Source: an uncultured Chloroflexia bacterium
GTDB lineage: Bacteria; Chloroflexota; Limnocylindria; Limnocylindrales; CSP1-4
Direction of reading: 5' to 3'
Assembly (NCBI GenBank): GCA_963704935.1
Contig: CAVPIF010000003.1
Coordinates: 12,256-76,255 of the forward strand
Length of the DNA stretch: 64,000 nt
Position numbers and translations under genes: made by a program. The notes under the pieces were generated by a model. That model was not told where the DNA came from, did no database searches, and saw nothing but the letters and a program-made list of their open reading frames with translations. Numbering within the stretch: position 1 is the first letter of the stretch; each line of letters begins with the position of its first letter. This document shows, piece after piece, positions 8,430 through 17,334 of the stretch.

Positions 8430-9362
8430 CTAGCGCGCGACGAGACCGCTGATGCGCCGGGCCGCGTCGCGGTCCAGGTCGGGAGCCGCGGCGTCCAGCC
8501 ATGCGATCCCGGGTTCTGCGCGGAACCACGTCGCCTGGCGCTTCGCGAAGGTGACGTTGCGCTGCGCGTCGAGGTCGATCGCCGCCTGGCGGCTGAAGAG
8601 CGCCGTCGAGTACGGACCACGCCTCGCGATAGCCGATGGCGCTGAAGGCGGGGAGCGCCGGGTCGTAGCGCTCGCGCAGGCCGCGCGCTTCCTCGATGAG
8701 CCCGGCGTCGAACTGCGCGCGGGCGCGGGCCGCGATGCGGCGCTGATGCTCGGCGGGGTCCAGCCGCAGCCCGAGCCAGGTGGACGGCCCGTCGTAGCCA
8801 CGTGGCTCCGGCAGCGGCCGATCCCCCACGAGCTCGGCGATCTCCAGGGCGCGGACGACCCGCCGCGGGTTGCGCAGGTCCAGCTGTTGCGCGCGCGACG
8901 GGGCGAGCACGGCCAGACGTTCGACGAGGCCGGCCAGCCCGTCGGAGGCGAGCTCCGCCTCCAGCCGGGCGCGGACGGTGGCGTCGCTCGGCAGCGCATC
9001 GGTGTCGATCCCGCGCCCGATCGCGCGGAGGTAAACCCGGTGCCGCCCACGAGCAGGGCGACGCCGTCGCGGGCGGCCAGGTCGGCCAGCGCGGCGCGGG
9101 CGTGGGCCGCGAAGTCGGCCACGCTGAAGGGCTCGTCCGGATCGACGAGGTCGAGGCCGTGGTGCGGGACCCGTGCCCGGTCCGCGGCGTTCACCTTGGC
9201 CGTGCCGATGTCCATCCCGCGGAAGACCTGGCGCGAATCGGCCGAGATGATCTCGGCCGGTCTGCCGCCGGCGACGATCGACTCCGCCAGCCGGATGCCG
9301 AAGTCGGTCTTGCCGGTGGCCGTCGCCCCGGCCACGATGATGAGCGGTGGCGCGGCGGTCAC
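8430..9362 (-). CDS. miaA: tRNA dimethylallyltransferase MiaA; two frame changes
   Basis: The P-loop IIVAGATATGKT and ...LLVGGTGF are in one frame. YLRAIGRGIDTDALPSD...NPRRVVRALEI...FSAIGYREAW is in a second frame. The C-terminus returns to the first frame (changes at ~9040 and ~8600). The GTG start overlaps the miaB stop (GTGA). Confidence 0.8.
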   Translation of the reverse strand: MTAAPPLIIVAGATATGKTDFGIRLAESIVAGGRPAEIISADSRQVFRGMDIGTAKVNAADRARVPHHGLDLVDPDEPFSVADFAAHARAALADLAARDGVALLVGGTGFTSARSGAGSTPMRCRATPPSAPGWRRSSPPTGWPASSNVWPCSPRRARNSWTCATRGGSSAPWRSPSSWGIGRCRSHVATTGRPPGSGCGWTPPSISAASRPAPARSSTPGSSRKRAACASATTRRSPPSAPSAIARRGPYSTALFSRQAAIDLDAQRNVTFAKRQATWFRAEPGIAWLDAAAPDLDRDAARRISGLVAR

Positions 9363-10950
9363 GCTCCGTCCGGGCCCGGAGGTCCCGCCGTGACCTGGTC
9401 CTCGATCGGCCGGCCGCGGAGCGCGTAGGGACCGGCGTGTTCGATGCGGACGCGAAGACGACCTCACGACCGATCAGCCGCTCGTCGCCCGGGAGGTGGA
9501 CGAGCTTGTTACCACGCGTCCGACCCGACACCTGCGCCGTGGTCCTGCCGGCGGGCGCCGCCGCGGAGCCGCCATCGTCGCCGGCCGCGCCGTGTTCGTG
9601 GGCGCGCGGCGGCGTGACGCTGTCGACGAGGACCGCGACATCCGCGACCGACCCAGGCGGCGTTCCGTTCGCGCCCGATCGTCTCCTGGAGGGCCAGCAG
9701 CTCGTTGAGGCGACGCCGCTTGACGTCCGGCGGGACGTCGTCGGCGAGGCGCGTCGCCGGCGTTCCGGGCCTGGGCGAGTAGGCGGCCGCGAAGACCTGG
9801 TCGTAGCGGACGGTCTCCAGCAAGGCGGAGCGTCGACTCGGAACTGGGCGTCCGTCTCGCCGCAGAACCCGACGATGACGTCGGTCGAGACGGTGATGCC
9901 GGGGCACGGCCTCGCGGATCCGTGGCCAGCCGCTCCTGGTAGTGGTCGCTCGGTGTATTGGCGGCCCATCCGCCGAAGCACGGCGTCGTCGCCCGACTGG
10001 ACCGGCAGATGGAGGTGCTCGCACACGCTGTGGCAGTCGGCCAGCGCGGCGATCAACCGGTCCGAAAGGTCCCAGGGGTGTGAGGTGACGAACCGCAGCC
10101 GCGCGATCGCGCGGTTCCCGTCGGACGTGCGCAGCGAATCGATGGCGCGGATCAGTTCGGCGAGGTCCGGTCGCCCGTGCAGGTCGAGTCGGCGCCCGGC
10201 CCAACGTTCGGCATCGACGTGCGCGAACTCGCGCTTCGGGGGCCAGGTCGTGCCCGTAGGAGTTGACGTTCTGGCCGAGCAGGGTGACCTCGCGGTAGCC
10301 GGCCGCTGCGAGGGCTCGGGCCTCGTCCACGACCTCGTCGAACGGGCGGCTACGCTCCGGGCCGCGGCTGATCGGGACGATGCAGTAGGTGCACGTCTTG
10401 TCGCAGCCATAGATGATCGGCAGCCAGGCGCTGACGGCCGAGCCCCGGGCGACGGTCCCCTCCCCCACGGCCCGGGCCCGGCTGGCCGACAACCCATCGG
10501 CGACGCCGACCTCGGTCCGTCCGACGACCGTGGTCGCGCCCGACCAGGGGCCGTCGTCCGAGCGCCGATCGCGGCCTGGGCGGACGCCAGGCCGAGCCGA
10601 TCGACCAGTTCCGGCTCCTCGTCGGGTCGCAGGAACAGGTCGACGGCCGGGTAGCGGCGCCGGAGGCCGGCGCGGTCCGGTTCGCGGACCGAGCAGCCGG
10701 TCAGCACGACCCGCAGCGCCGGGTTGCTCGCCTTGAGCGCGCGCCAGCTGGCCCTGTCGGCCGATGACCTTCTGCTCCGCGCCTTCGCGGATCGCACAGG
10801 TGTTGATGACGATGAGGTCGGCGACGTCCATCGATCGCTGCCTCGTCGCAGTCCGGCCGCCAGGAGCCGACCGGCGATCTCCTCCGAGTCGCTCTGGTTC
10901 ATCTGGCAGCCGAGCGTCCAGACGTGGAACCGCGGCAGGGTCCGCAGGTC
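9359..10950 (-). CDS. miaB: tRNA methylthiotransferase MiaB (radical SAM); roughly nine frame changes; 5' end unresolved
   Basis: These segments are spread over all three minus frames: [74 protein letters not shown] (CxxxCxxC), [60 protein letters not shown] and [17 protein letters not shown]. No canonical start is in frame with the N-terminal block. A GTG at 11045 in another frame is a possible true start. Confidence 0.75.
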
Positions 10951-11135
10951 AGGGACGTATTCGGCGAGCCGGTCGTCGGCGGGCGTGGCCGGGTGACGCG
11001 GGGCGACGGCGGCGCGGGCGTGACGGCGTCGAGGACGTCGAGCACGGGCAGGGCGCGGGAGGCGTGCGGGGGTCGGTCACGGCGGCGCCATGGTACCGAC
11101 GGTTCCTCGCCAAGGACGCGGTATCCTGCGTCGCC

Positions 11136-11909
11136 ATGGAACTGTTGACCAACCCCGAGACGTGGATCGCACTGTTGACGCTGACGGTGCTCGAGATCGT
11201 GCTCGGGATCGACAACATCATCTTCATCTCCATCCTCGTCCAGCGGCTGCCCGAGCGGACCGCGACCAGGCGCGCCTGATCGGCCTTGGCCTGGCGATGG
11301 GGATGCGGATCCTGCTGCTCCTGACGATCTCGTGGATCGTCGGGCTGACCGCACCGGTCTTCACCTTCGCCGACAACGCGTTCTCGTGGCGCGACCTGAT
11401 CCTGATCGTCGGCGGGTTCTTCCTGCTCTGGAAGGCCACGACGGAGATCGGCGAATTGCTGGAGGGAGAGGCGGCCATGAGGCGGACCCAGCCCGCGGGG
11501 ACCGCGCGCTTCGGGGCCGTGCTCGTCCAGATCATGCTGCTCGACATCGTCTTCTCGCTCGATTCGGTACTCACCGCGGTGGGCATGGCGAACGAGATCG
11601 TGGTGATGGTCGCCGCCGTCGTGATCGCGGTCGGGGTCATGCTCGTCGCGTCCGGACCGCTGGCCACGTTCGTGCGCCACCACCCGACGGTCAAGATGCT
11701 GGCCCTTGCGTTCCTGCTGCTCATCGGCGTGACGCTGGTGGCCGACGGCTTCGGCTTCCACATCGACAAGGCCTACATCTACGTGGCGATGGGATTTAGC
11801 GTCTTCGTCGAGGGCCTGAACCTGCGCGCCCGCCTCCCGACGACGCCAGGAGCCGGTCCACCTCCGCCCGACGTTCGTGAAGGAAGAACCCGAGCCCGAC
11901 GCGATCTAG
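11136..11909 (+). CDS. TerC-family integral membrane protein; two frame changes
   Basis: MELLTNPETWIALLTLTVLEIVLGIDNIIFISIL is followed, in another frame, by RLIGLGLAMGMRILLL...LLDIVFSLDSVLTAVGM...AMGFSVFVEGLNLRA. A plausible tail, RRRQEPVHLRPTFVKEEPEPDAI-stop (TAG 11907-11909), appears only after a further shift at ~11840. The uncorrected ORF runs on into the repeat array to 12301. Confidence 0.7.
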
Positions 11910-12006
11910 GCACCGCCGGGACGGGTAGGGCGCGGGGGTCGCGTGCGCGGCGGCGGGAAGGGCGCGGGCGCGCGGGCCGGGTCCGCGCGCGGGCGCGTCA
12001 CCGGGT

Positions 12007-12131
12007 GACCGAACGGACCAACGAGCGATCCGGCCGCACCCGTCATCGGTCGGGCGGGTCACCCCATGCCCCGCTCGGCGATCCGGCGGGGCTATTGGGG
12101 CCCCACGGGCCGTTCGTTCGTCGGTTCGGTC
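12007..12131. repeat. 125-bp palindromic (MITE-like) element, copy A
   Basis: It is bounded by GACCGAACGGACCAACGAGCG (12007-12027) and CGTTCGTTCGTCGGTTCGGTC (12111-12131). Of the 21 positions, 19 pair, including one G-T. It is almost identical to copy B. Confidence 0.7.
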
Positions 12132-12133
12132 AT

Positions 12134-12495
12134 GGGATGACCGGGGCGCGACCGATGGGATGGCCGGGGCGCGACCGATGGGATGGCCGGGGCGCGACCG
12201 ATGGGATGGCCGGGGCGCGACCGATGGGATGGCCGGGGCGCGACCGATGGGATGGCCGGGGCGCGACCGATGGGATGGCCGGGGCGCGACCGATGGGATG
12301 ACCGGGGCGCGACCGATGGGATGACCGGGGCGCGACCGATGGGATGACCGGGGCGCGACCGATGGGATGACCGGGGCGCGACCGATGGGATGGCCGGGGC
12401 GCGACCGATGGGATGGCCGGGGCGCGACCGATGGGATGACCGGGGCGCGACCGATGGGATGACCGGGGCGCGACCGATGGGATGACCGGGGCGCG
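12134..12495. repeat. Tandem array of 15.7 copies of the 23-bp unit GGGATGRCCGGGGCGCGACCGAT
   Basis: I read this directly from the sequence. The period is 23 bp (12134, 12157, 12180 ...), with no spacers. The only variable position is R, in the order A, Gx6, Ax4, Gx2, Ax3. Confidence 0.9.
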
Positions 12496-12528
12496 GGGGT
12501 CGCGTCAACGGCTCGCGCGTCACCGGGT

Positions 12529-12653
12529 GACCCAACGGACCAACGAGCGATCCGGCCGCACCCGTCATCGGCCAGCTGGGTCACCCCATGCTCCGCTCGG
12601 CGATCCGGCGGGGCGATCGGGGCCCCACGGGCCGTTCGTTCGTCGGTTCGGTC
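12529..12653. repeat. 125-bp palindromic (MITE-like) element, copy B
   Basis: It has the same architecture as copy A, with terminal repeats at 12529-12549 and 12633-12653. It differs by only a few substitutions, and both copies are preceded by GCGCGGGGGTCGCGT. Confidence 0.7.
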
Positions 12654-12655
12654 AT

Positions 12656-12780
12656 GGGATGACCGGGGCGCGACCGATCGGATGACCGAGGCGCGACCGA
12701 TGGGGCGCGACCGATGGGGCGCGACCGATCGGATGACCGAGGCGCGACCGAGGGGCGCGACCGATGGGGCGCGACCGATG
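12656..12780. repeat. Degenerate tandem array of mixed 23-bp and 14-bp units sharing the core GGGGCGCGACCGAT
   Basis: Read directly as GGGATGACCGGGGCGCGACCGATC / GGATGACCGAGGCGCGACCGAT / GGGGCGCGACCGAT x2 / ... It ends 17 nt before the PHP gene stop. Confidence 0.8.
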
Positions 12781-12796
12781 GGCACGAGTCCCGTGT

Positions 12797-13712
12797 CTAC
12801 CCCGCGGCGACCCGCGCCAGCATCCGCTCCCCGACCTCGGGCGGTACCCACAGGGTTGCGTGTGACTCGGCATACGAACCCAGGTCGCCGTGGTAGTCGG
12901 TGCCGCCGGTCGTCAGCAACCCGAGGCTGGCCGCGACCTCCCCGACCGCGGCCGTCGTCGCCGCGTCGAAGCTCCGGTAGTGGACCTCCAGGCCCGCCAA
13001 TCCGACTTCGATGAGTTCCGCGGAGGAGGTCGATCCGGGCCGGCGCCTCGCGGAAATGGGCGAGCACCGGGATCCCCCCCGCCGCCACGACCGCGCGGAT
13101 GGCCTCTTCCGGGCCCAGGCCGTCACGCCGGACGTAGCCGGGCGCCCCGTGCCCGATGATCCGCGTGAAGGCGTCCTCCACGCTCGATGCGAACCCGGCG
13201 CCCATCAGCGCCCGCGCGATCGTGGGGCGGCCCAGCGCGTCGTCATCGCCGGACGACAGGTCGGCGACCTGCGCGTCGATCGGCAGGTCGAGCTCCCGCA
13301 GTCGATCGATCGTCCGCGCGAACCGCAGTCGTCGCTGCTCCCGCTGGAGGCGGAGCGCGGCCTCGAACGCGTCGTCGGCCGGGTCCATCCCGAACCCGAG
13401 GATGTGCAGCTCTCCCTCCCACAGGCCGAGGTCGCGGGTCACCAGGGCGTTGATCTCGACACCCGGGATGAGCGCAAGACCCGGCGGCACGGCGTCGGCC
13501 GCGACGACCTCCCGGTACCCGGCGAGCGTGTCGTGATCGGTCAGGGCGAACGTCCGGACCCCGGCGTCGTGAGCCGCCGCGACCAGCACGGCCGGTTCCA
13601 GGACGCCGTCGGAGCGGACCGTGTGGGCGTGCAGGTCCACGGTGGACGGACTCGACGGGACGACGGCGCCATCCGGCGGCACGGGGGCGTGGCGGCGTCC
13701 GGTCCGGGGCAC
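12797..13712 (-). CDS. PHP-domain phosphoesterase (TrpH/YciV-like); one frame change
   Basis: VDLHAHTVRSDG...FALTDHDTLAGY...GIPVLAHF is in the frame of ORF 11796..13712. The C-terminus ELIEVGLAGLEVHYRS...GGTDYHG...stop is in the frame of ORF 12797..13126. The change is at ~13020, and the span length leaves remainder 1 on division by 3. Confidence 0.75.
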
Positions 13713-13720
13713 CGGGAGCG

Positions 13721-14512
13721 TCAGACCTCCAGCAGGCGCTGGATGCGCTCGATCTGGAGCGCGCGACCCGTGGCCGGGTCGATGTCGATCTGCGCAGCGT
13801 TGAACACCACCGGGCCGCTGCCCACCTCGAACCGCGTCGGCAGCGCGTTGATGAAGCGCGGCAGGACCGTCCGTGGGTCGAAGCCGATGACGCTCCAGAG
13901 CGGCCCGGTCATGCCCAGGTCCGACTGATAGGCCGTCCCACCCGGCAGGATCCGTTCGTCGCCGGTCACGACGTGCGTGTGCGTGCCCACGACGGCGCTG
14001 ACCCGGCCATCCAGGTAAAGGCCCATCGCGTTCTTCTCGCTGGTCAGCTCGCAGTGGAAGTCGACCAGCCGGGTCGGTGGCAGCGGTTCCGGCGACGAGG
14101 CCTCGTCGAGCAGGGCGTCCGCGTCGGTGAACGGGTTCTCGATCTGCGCCATCGTGGATCGGCCCTGGAGGTTGATGACCGCGAGGTGGGTGCCGTCCAG
14201 CGCGTCGTAGACGCCCCAGCCCCGGCCGGGGACGTCGCGCGTCCCGTAGTTGAGCGGCCGCAGCACCCGGTCCGTCGTCTCGAGGTACGGGTAGATCTCG
14301 CGCTTGTCCCAGATGTGGTTGCCGCTGGTGATCACGTCCACGCCCGCGGCCAGCAGGGAGTCCGCGGTGGCCGGGGTCAGGCCCATGCCTCCGGCCACGT
14401 TCTCGCCGTTGGCGGTCACGAAGTCGATGCCGCGTTCCTCGCGGAGCGCCGCCAGGGATTCCTCCACGGCGATCCGCCCAGGCTTGCCGATCATGTCGCC
14501 GATCATCAGCAC
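13721..14512 (-). CDS. ymdB: YmdB-family metallophosphoesterase (TIGR00282-type)
   Basis: 263-aa ORF. It carries LMIGDMIGKPGR, ANGENVAGGMG and SGNHIWDK, and sits immediately downstream of rny as in Bacillus. Confidence 0.85.
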   Translation of the reverse strand: MLMIGDMIGKPGRIAVEESLAALREERGIDFVTANGENVAGGMGLTPATADSLLAAGVDVITSGNHIWDKREIYPYLETTDRVLRPLNYGTRDVPGRGWGVYDALDGTHLAVINLQGRSTMAQIENPFTDADALLDEASSPEPLPPTRLVDFHCELTSEKNAMGLYLDGRVSAVVGTHTHVVTGDERILPGGTAYQSDLGMTGPLWSVIGFDPRTVLPRFINALPTRFEVGSGPVVFNAAQIDIDPATGRALQIERIQRLLEV

Positions 14513-14613
14513 GCGGCAGGCACCCGGCGGCCGGGGGGCGCCGCCGTTGGCCGGGTTGCCGAGCCGCGTCCGCCCGATCGCGCCGGCGGCCTCCGACCCC
14601 GGGTCGTGCGCCC

Positions 14614-16143
14614 CTACTTTGCGTACTCCACGGCCCGCGTCTCGCGGATGACCGTCACCTTGATCTGGCCCGGGTAGGTCAGCTGTTCCTCGATCTTCTT
14701 GACGATGTCGCGAGCCAGGCGCGTCGCCGTCAGGTCGTCGATCTCCTCGGGACGGACGAGGATCCGGACCTCGCGGCCGGCCTGCACGGCGAACGATCGC
14801 TCGACGCCGTTGAAGCTCTCGGCGATGGCCTGGAGGTCCTCCAGCCGCTTGACGTAGGCGTCCATCGACTCGCCGCGGGCGCCCGGCCGCGAGGCGCTGA
14901 TGGCATCCGCGATCTGGACGATCGGGGCCTCCAGGCAGGCGTACTCGACCTCCTGATGGTGGGCGGCGATCCCGTTGATCACCTTGAACGGCAGGTTGTG
15001 ACGCTGGGCGATCTGGGCACCGATGGCCGCGTGCGGGCCCTCGACCTCGTGGTCGACGGCCTTGCCGATGTCGTGCAGCAGGCCGCCCATCTTGGCGATC
15101 TGGACGTCTCCCCCGATCTCGGCGGCGATGACCGCCGCCAGGTGGCTCGTCTCGACCACGTGGTTGAGGACGTTCTGGCCGTAGCTGGTGCGGTACTTCA
15201 GCCGACCCAGCAGCTGGATGATCTCGGCCGGGAGGCCCGGGACGCCGGCATCGTAGGCGGCCTGCTCGCCCGCCTGGCGCATGACGAGATCGACCTCGGC
15301 GCGGGCCTTGGCGACGACCTCCTCGATCCGTCCCGGGTGGATCCGGCCGTCGGCGATGAGCTTCGTGAGGGCCAGCCGGGCGACCTCGCGGCGAACCGGG
15401 TCGAAACCGGACAGCACGACCGATTCCGGGGTGTCGTCGATGATCAGGTCGACGCCCGTCGCCTGCTCCAGCGCCCGGATATTGCGGCCTTCGCGCCCGA
15501 TGATCCGGCCCTTCATCTCGTCGCTGGGGAGGTGGACCACGCTGACCGTGTGCTCGGCGGTGTGGTCGGCGGCGACGCGCTGGATGGCGGTCACGACGAT
15601 GTCGCGGGCCCGCTCCTGGGCGCCCTCGCGGGCGGCGCGCTCGATGGCGCGGGAGAGCCCGACGGCGTCGTGTTCCGCTTCCGCGCGCACGGCCTCCAGG
15701 AGGACTCCCTTGGCGTCGTCGGCGCTCATCCCGGAGACGCGCTCCAGCGCGACCACCTGCTCCTGGGTCGCCTTGGCGAGATCATCCTTGGTCCGATCCA
15801 GGTCGCGCTCGCGCTCCAGCAGATTGCGGTCGCGTTGCTCCAGCATCTCCGTGCGCTGATCCAGCTGCTCGTCACGCTGGACCAGGCGTCGCTCCTGGGC
15901 GGCCAGCTCGCCGCGGCGCGCTCGCGCCTCTTCCTCCGCTTCCCGGGTCAATCGAAGCTTCTCGTCCTTGGCCTCGAGGATCAGTTCCTTCTGGCGGGTG
16001 CGGGCCTCCGCCTCGATGCCACGGGCTTCCGACTGGGCGGACTTGATCGTCTGGGATGACCAGATGCCTCGGACCAGGAACCCGAGTAGGGCTCCGCCGG
16101 CGGCGGCCACGAGGGCCACCACCACCACGACCGGTGTCTCCAT
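14614..16143 (-). CDS. rny: Ribonuclease Y
   Basis: 509-aa ORF. It has an N-terminal TM segment, a coiled-coil, a KH domain ([15 protein letters not shown]) and an HD domain ([12 protein letters not shown]). GGAGGA lies upstream of the ATG. Confidence 0.95.
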   Translation of the reverse strand: METPVVVVVALVAAAGGALLGFLVRGIWSSQTIKSAQSEARGIEAEARTRQKELILEAKDEKLRLTREAEEEARARRGELAAQERRLVQRDEQLDQRTEMLEQRDRNLLERERDLDRTKDDLAKATQEQVVALERVSGMSADDAKGVLLEAVRAEAEHDAVGLSRAIERAAREGAQERARDIVVTAIQRVAADHTAEHTVSVVHLPSDEMKGRIIGREGRNIRALEQATGVDLIIDDTPESVVLSGFDPVRREVARLALTKLIADGRIHPGRIEEVVAKARAEVDLVMRQAGEQAAYDAGVPGLPAEIIQLLGRLKYRTSYGQNVLNHVVETSHLAAVIAAEIGGDVQIAKMGGLLHDIGKAVDHEVEGPHAAIGAQIAQRHNLPFKVINGIAAHHQEVEYACLEAPIVQIADAISASRPGARGESMDAYVKRLEDLQAIAESFNGVERSFAVQAGREVRILVRPEEIDDLTATRLARDIVKKIEEQLTYPGQIKVTVIRETRAVEYAK

Positions 16144-16454
16144 GTCCGTAGTCCTCCCATCCGGACCGGGTTATGCGGCCGGACGCGTCACGTGTGCGGT
16201 GGCACGATCGCGTCGAGGACGGTGGGTCCGACCCCCCAGGAGTCGATCCCGGCCCCGTGTCACTCCGTGTGACGGCGGGGCCCTCGGTGGGCCGCGATCG
16301 GCCGGTTCCAGGCTGGGAAGCGCCGTTGTCAGAGGCGCCAGTTCATCTGTCGCGTAGCCTACGGCCGACCGTCCGGGGGTCAACCGAGGGTTGCGTTGAC
16401 GCAACCTCGGTCGGCGGGCGTTGACGAGCGGGCTAGGCTCGCAGGGATGAACGA

Positions 16455-16769
16455 ATGCAGGGCGATCGCGTGACACGACTCGCCGACCGGTTGCGGGGTC
16501 TGGTCGGGCGGCGTCCGCCCGCCTGCCGGCATCTCGACCAGGTGCGTGACGTGGCGCCCCGGACCGACGGCTGTGAAGCCTGCCTCGCGATCGGGGCGAA
16601 GTGGGTCGAGCTCCGGCTCTGCCTCACCTGCGGACATGTCGGCTGCTGCGACCTGTCGCCGAACCGCCACGCGCGGGCACACTTCGTCGAGACGAGCCAC
16701 CCGATCATGCGGGCCAGCGTGCCGGGTCACACGTGGAGCTGGTGCTGGATCGACGAGATCAAGGTCTGA
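16455..16769 (+). CDS. UBP-type zinc-finger protein
   Basis: 104-aa ORF. CRHL...CEACL...WVELRLCLTCGHVGCCDLSPNRHARAHF..TSHP...WSWCWID matches the zf-UBP pattern. Confidence 0.75.
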   Translation: MQGDRVTRLADRLRGLVGRRPPACRHLDQVRDVAPRTDGCEACLAIGAKWVELRLCLTCGHVGCCDLSPNRHARAHFVETSHPIMRASVPGHTWSWCWIDEIKV

Positions 16770-16782
16770 TCGGCGCGATCCC

Positions 16783-17331
16783 CTACCCGTCTTCGGCCGC
16801 CGCGTCCAGCGTGGCCGCCACCTCACGGCAGGTCTCCGGGTCGAAGCCATGGCGCGCGAGGAGGGCGTAGGCCCGCTGGCGCCGCTGCCGCGGGTCCGCG
16901 ACGCGGGCGAGCGCCCGGGCGTGCCGGGCCAGGAGCCGTTCCGCCGCGGCCCGGTCCGGGCCGACCGCGACCCCGGCCGCACGGCGTTCATCGAGTACCT
17001 CGTCGACCACCGCTCGCTCGATCCCCTTGAGGCGCAGTTCCTCGCGGATCGCCCGTTCGCCACGCGGCCGTGCGCGGTCACGCGACTCCACCCATACGCG
17101 AGCGAAGGCCGCGTCGTCGAGCATCCCGAGCTCAGCCAGGCGCCCGATCGCGCCATGGACGAGGTCCGCCTGGTAGCCCGCGCCGGTGAGGCGACGACGC
17201 ACTTCCGCGACGGATCGCGGGCGCGCCTCGAGGAACCGGGCGGCGGCCTCCAGAACGACGGCCGGGTCGTCGACGGCCGCCCGGCGTTCGCGCCGTTCGG
17301 CGAATGACTCCCGCGGTCGACGGCCCTGCAC
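16783..17331 (-). CDS. recX: Recombination regulator RecX
   Basis: 182-aa ORF directly downstream of recA. It shows the repeated three-helix pattern (...GYQADLVHGAIGRLAELGMLDDAAFARVWVESR...). Confidence 0.85.
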   Translation of the reverse strand: MQGRRPRESFAERRERRAAVDDPAVVLEAAARFLEARPRSVAEVRRRLTGAGYQADLVHGAIGRLAELGMLDDAAFARVWVESRDRARPRGERAIREELRLKGIERAVVDEVLDERRAAGVAVGPDRAAAERLLARHARALARVADPRQRRQRAYALLARHGFDPETCREVAATLDAAAEDG

Positions 17332-17334
17332 GGG

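Noticed and set aside
8401-10902. 833-aa ORF as a single large protein
   Set aside because: It is a patchwork. Only scattered segments match MiaB or MiaA. The rest is Arg/Pro-rich out-of-frame read-through typical of high-G+C DNA.
10951-11135. A yybP-ykoY (Mn2+) riboswitch upstream of the TerC-family gene
   Set aside because: TerC genes are classic targets, so I looked for one. I see only vague resemblance (CGCGGGAGGCG ... CGCCAAGGACGCG) and none of the conserved loops. Part of the region may be miaB coding sequence. Only a covariance-model search (RF00080) could rescue this.
12134-12495. Possible CRISPR array, given the regularly spaced 23-bp repeats
   Set aside because: The repeats are strictly head-to-tail with no unique spacers. 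The unit is shorter than typical CRISPR repeats, and no cas genes or leader are present. This is a tandem satellite.
11090-13712. Long ORFs reading through the repeat locus (11090..12301 plus strand; 11796..13712 and 12092..12568 minus strand), giving 23-aa periodic peptides such as GMAGARPMGWPGRDRWDGRGATD or PIGRAPVIPSVAPRSSHRSRPGH
   Set aside because: The periodicity is simply three 23-bp units read in three phases. The ORFs stay open only because the repeat lacks stop codons in those frames. The real terC and PHP coding regions end before the repeats once the frames are repaired.
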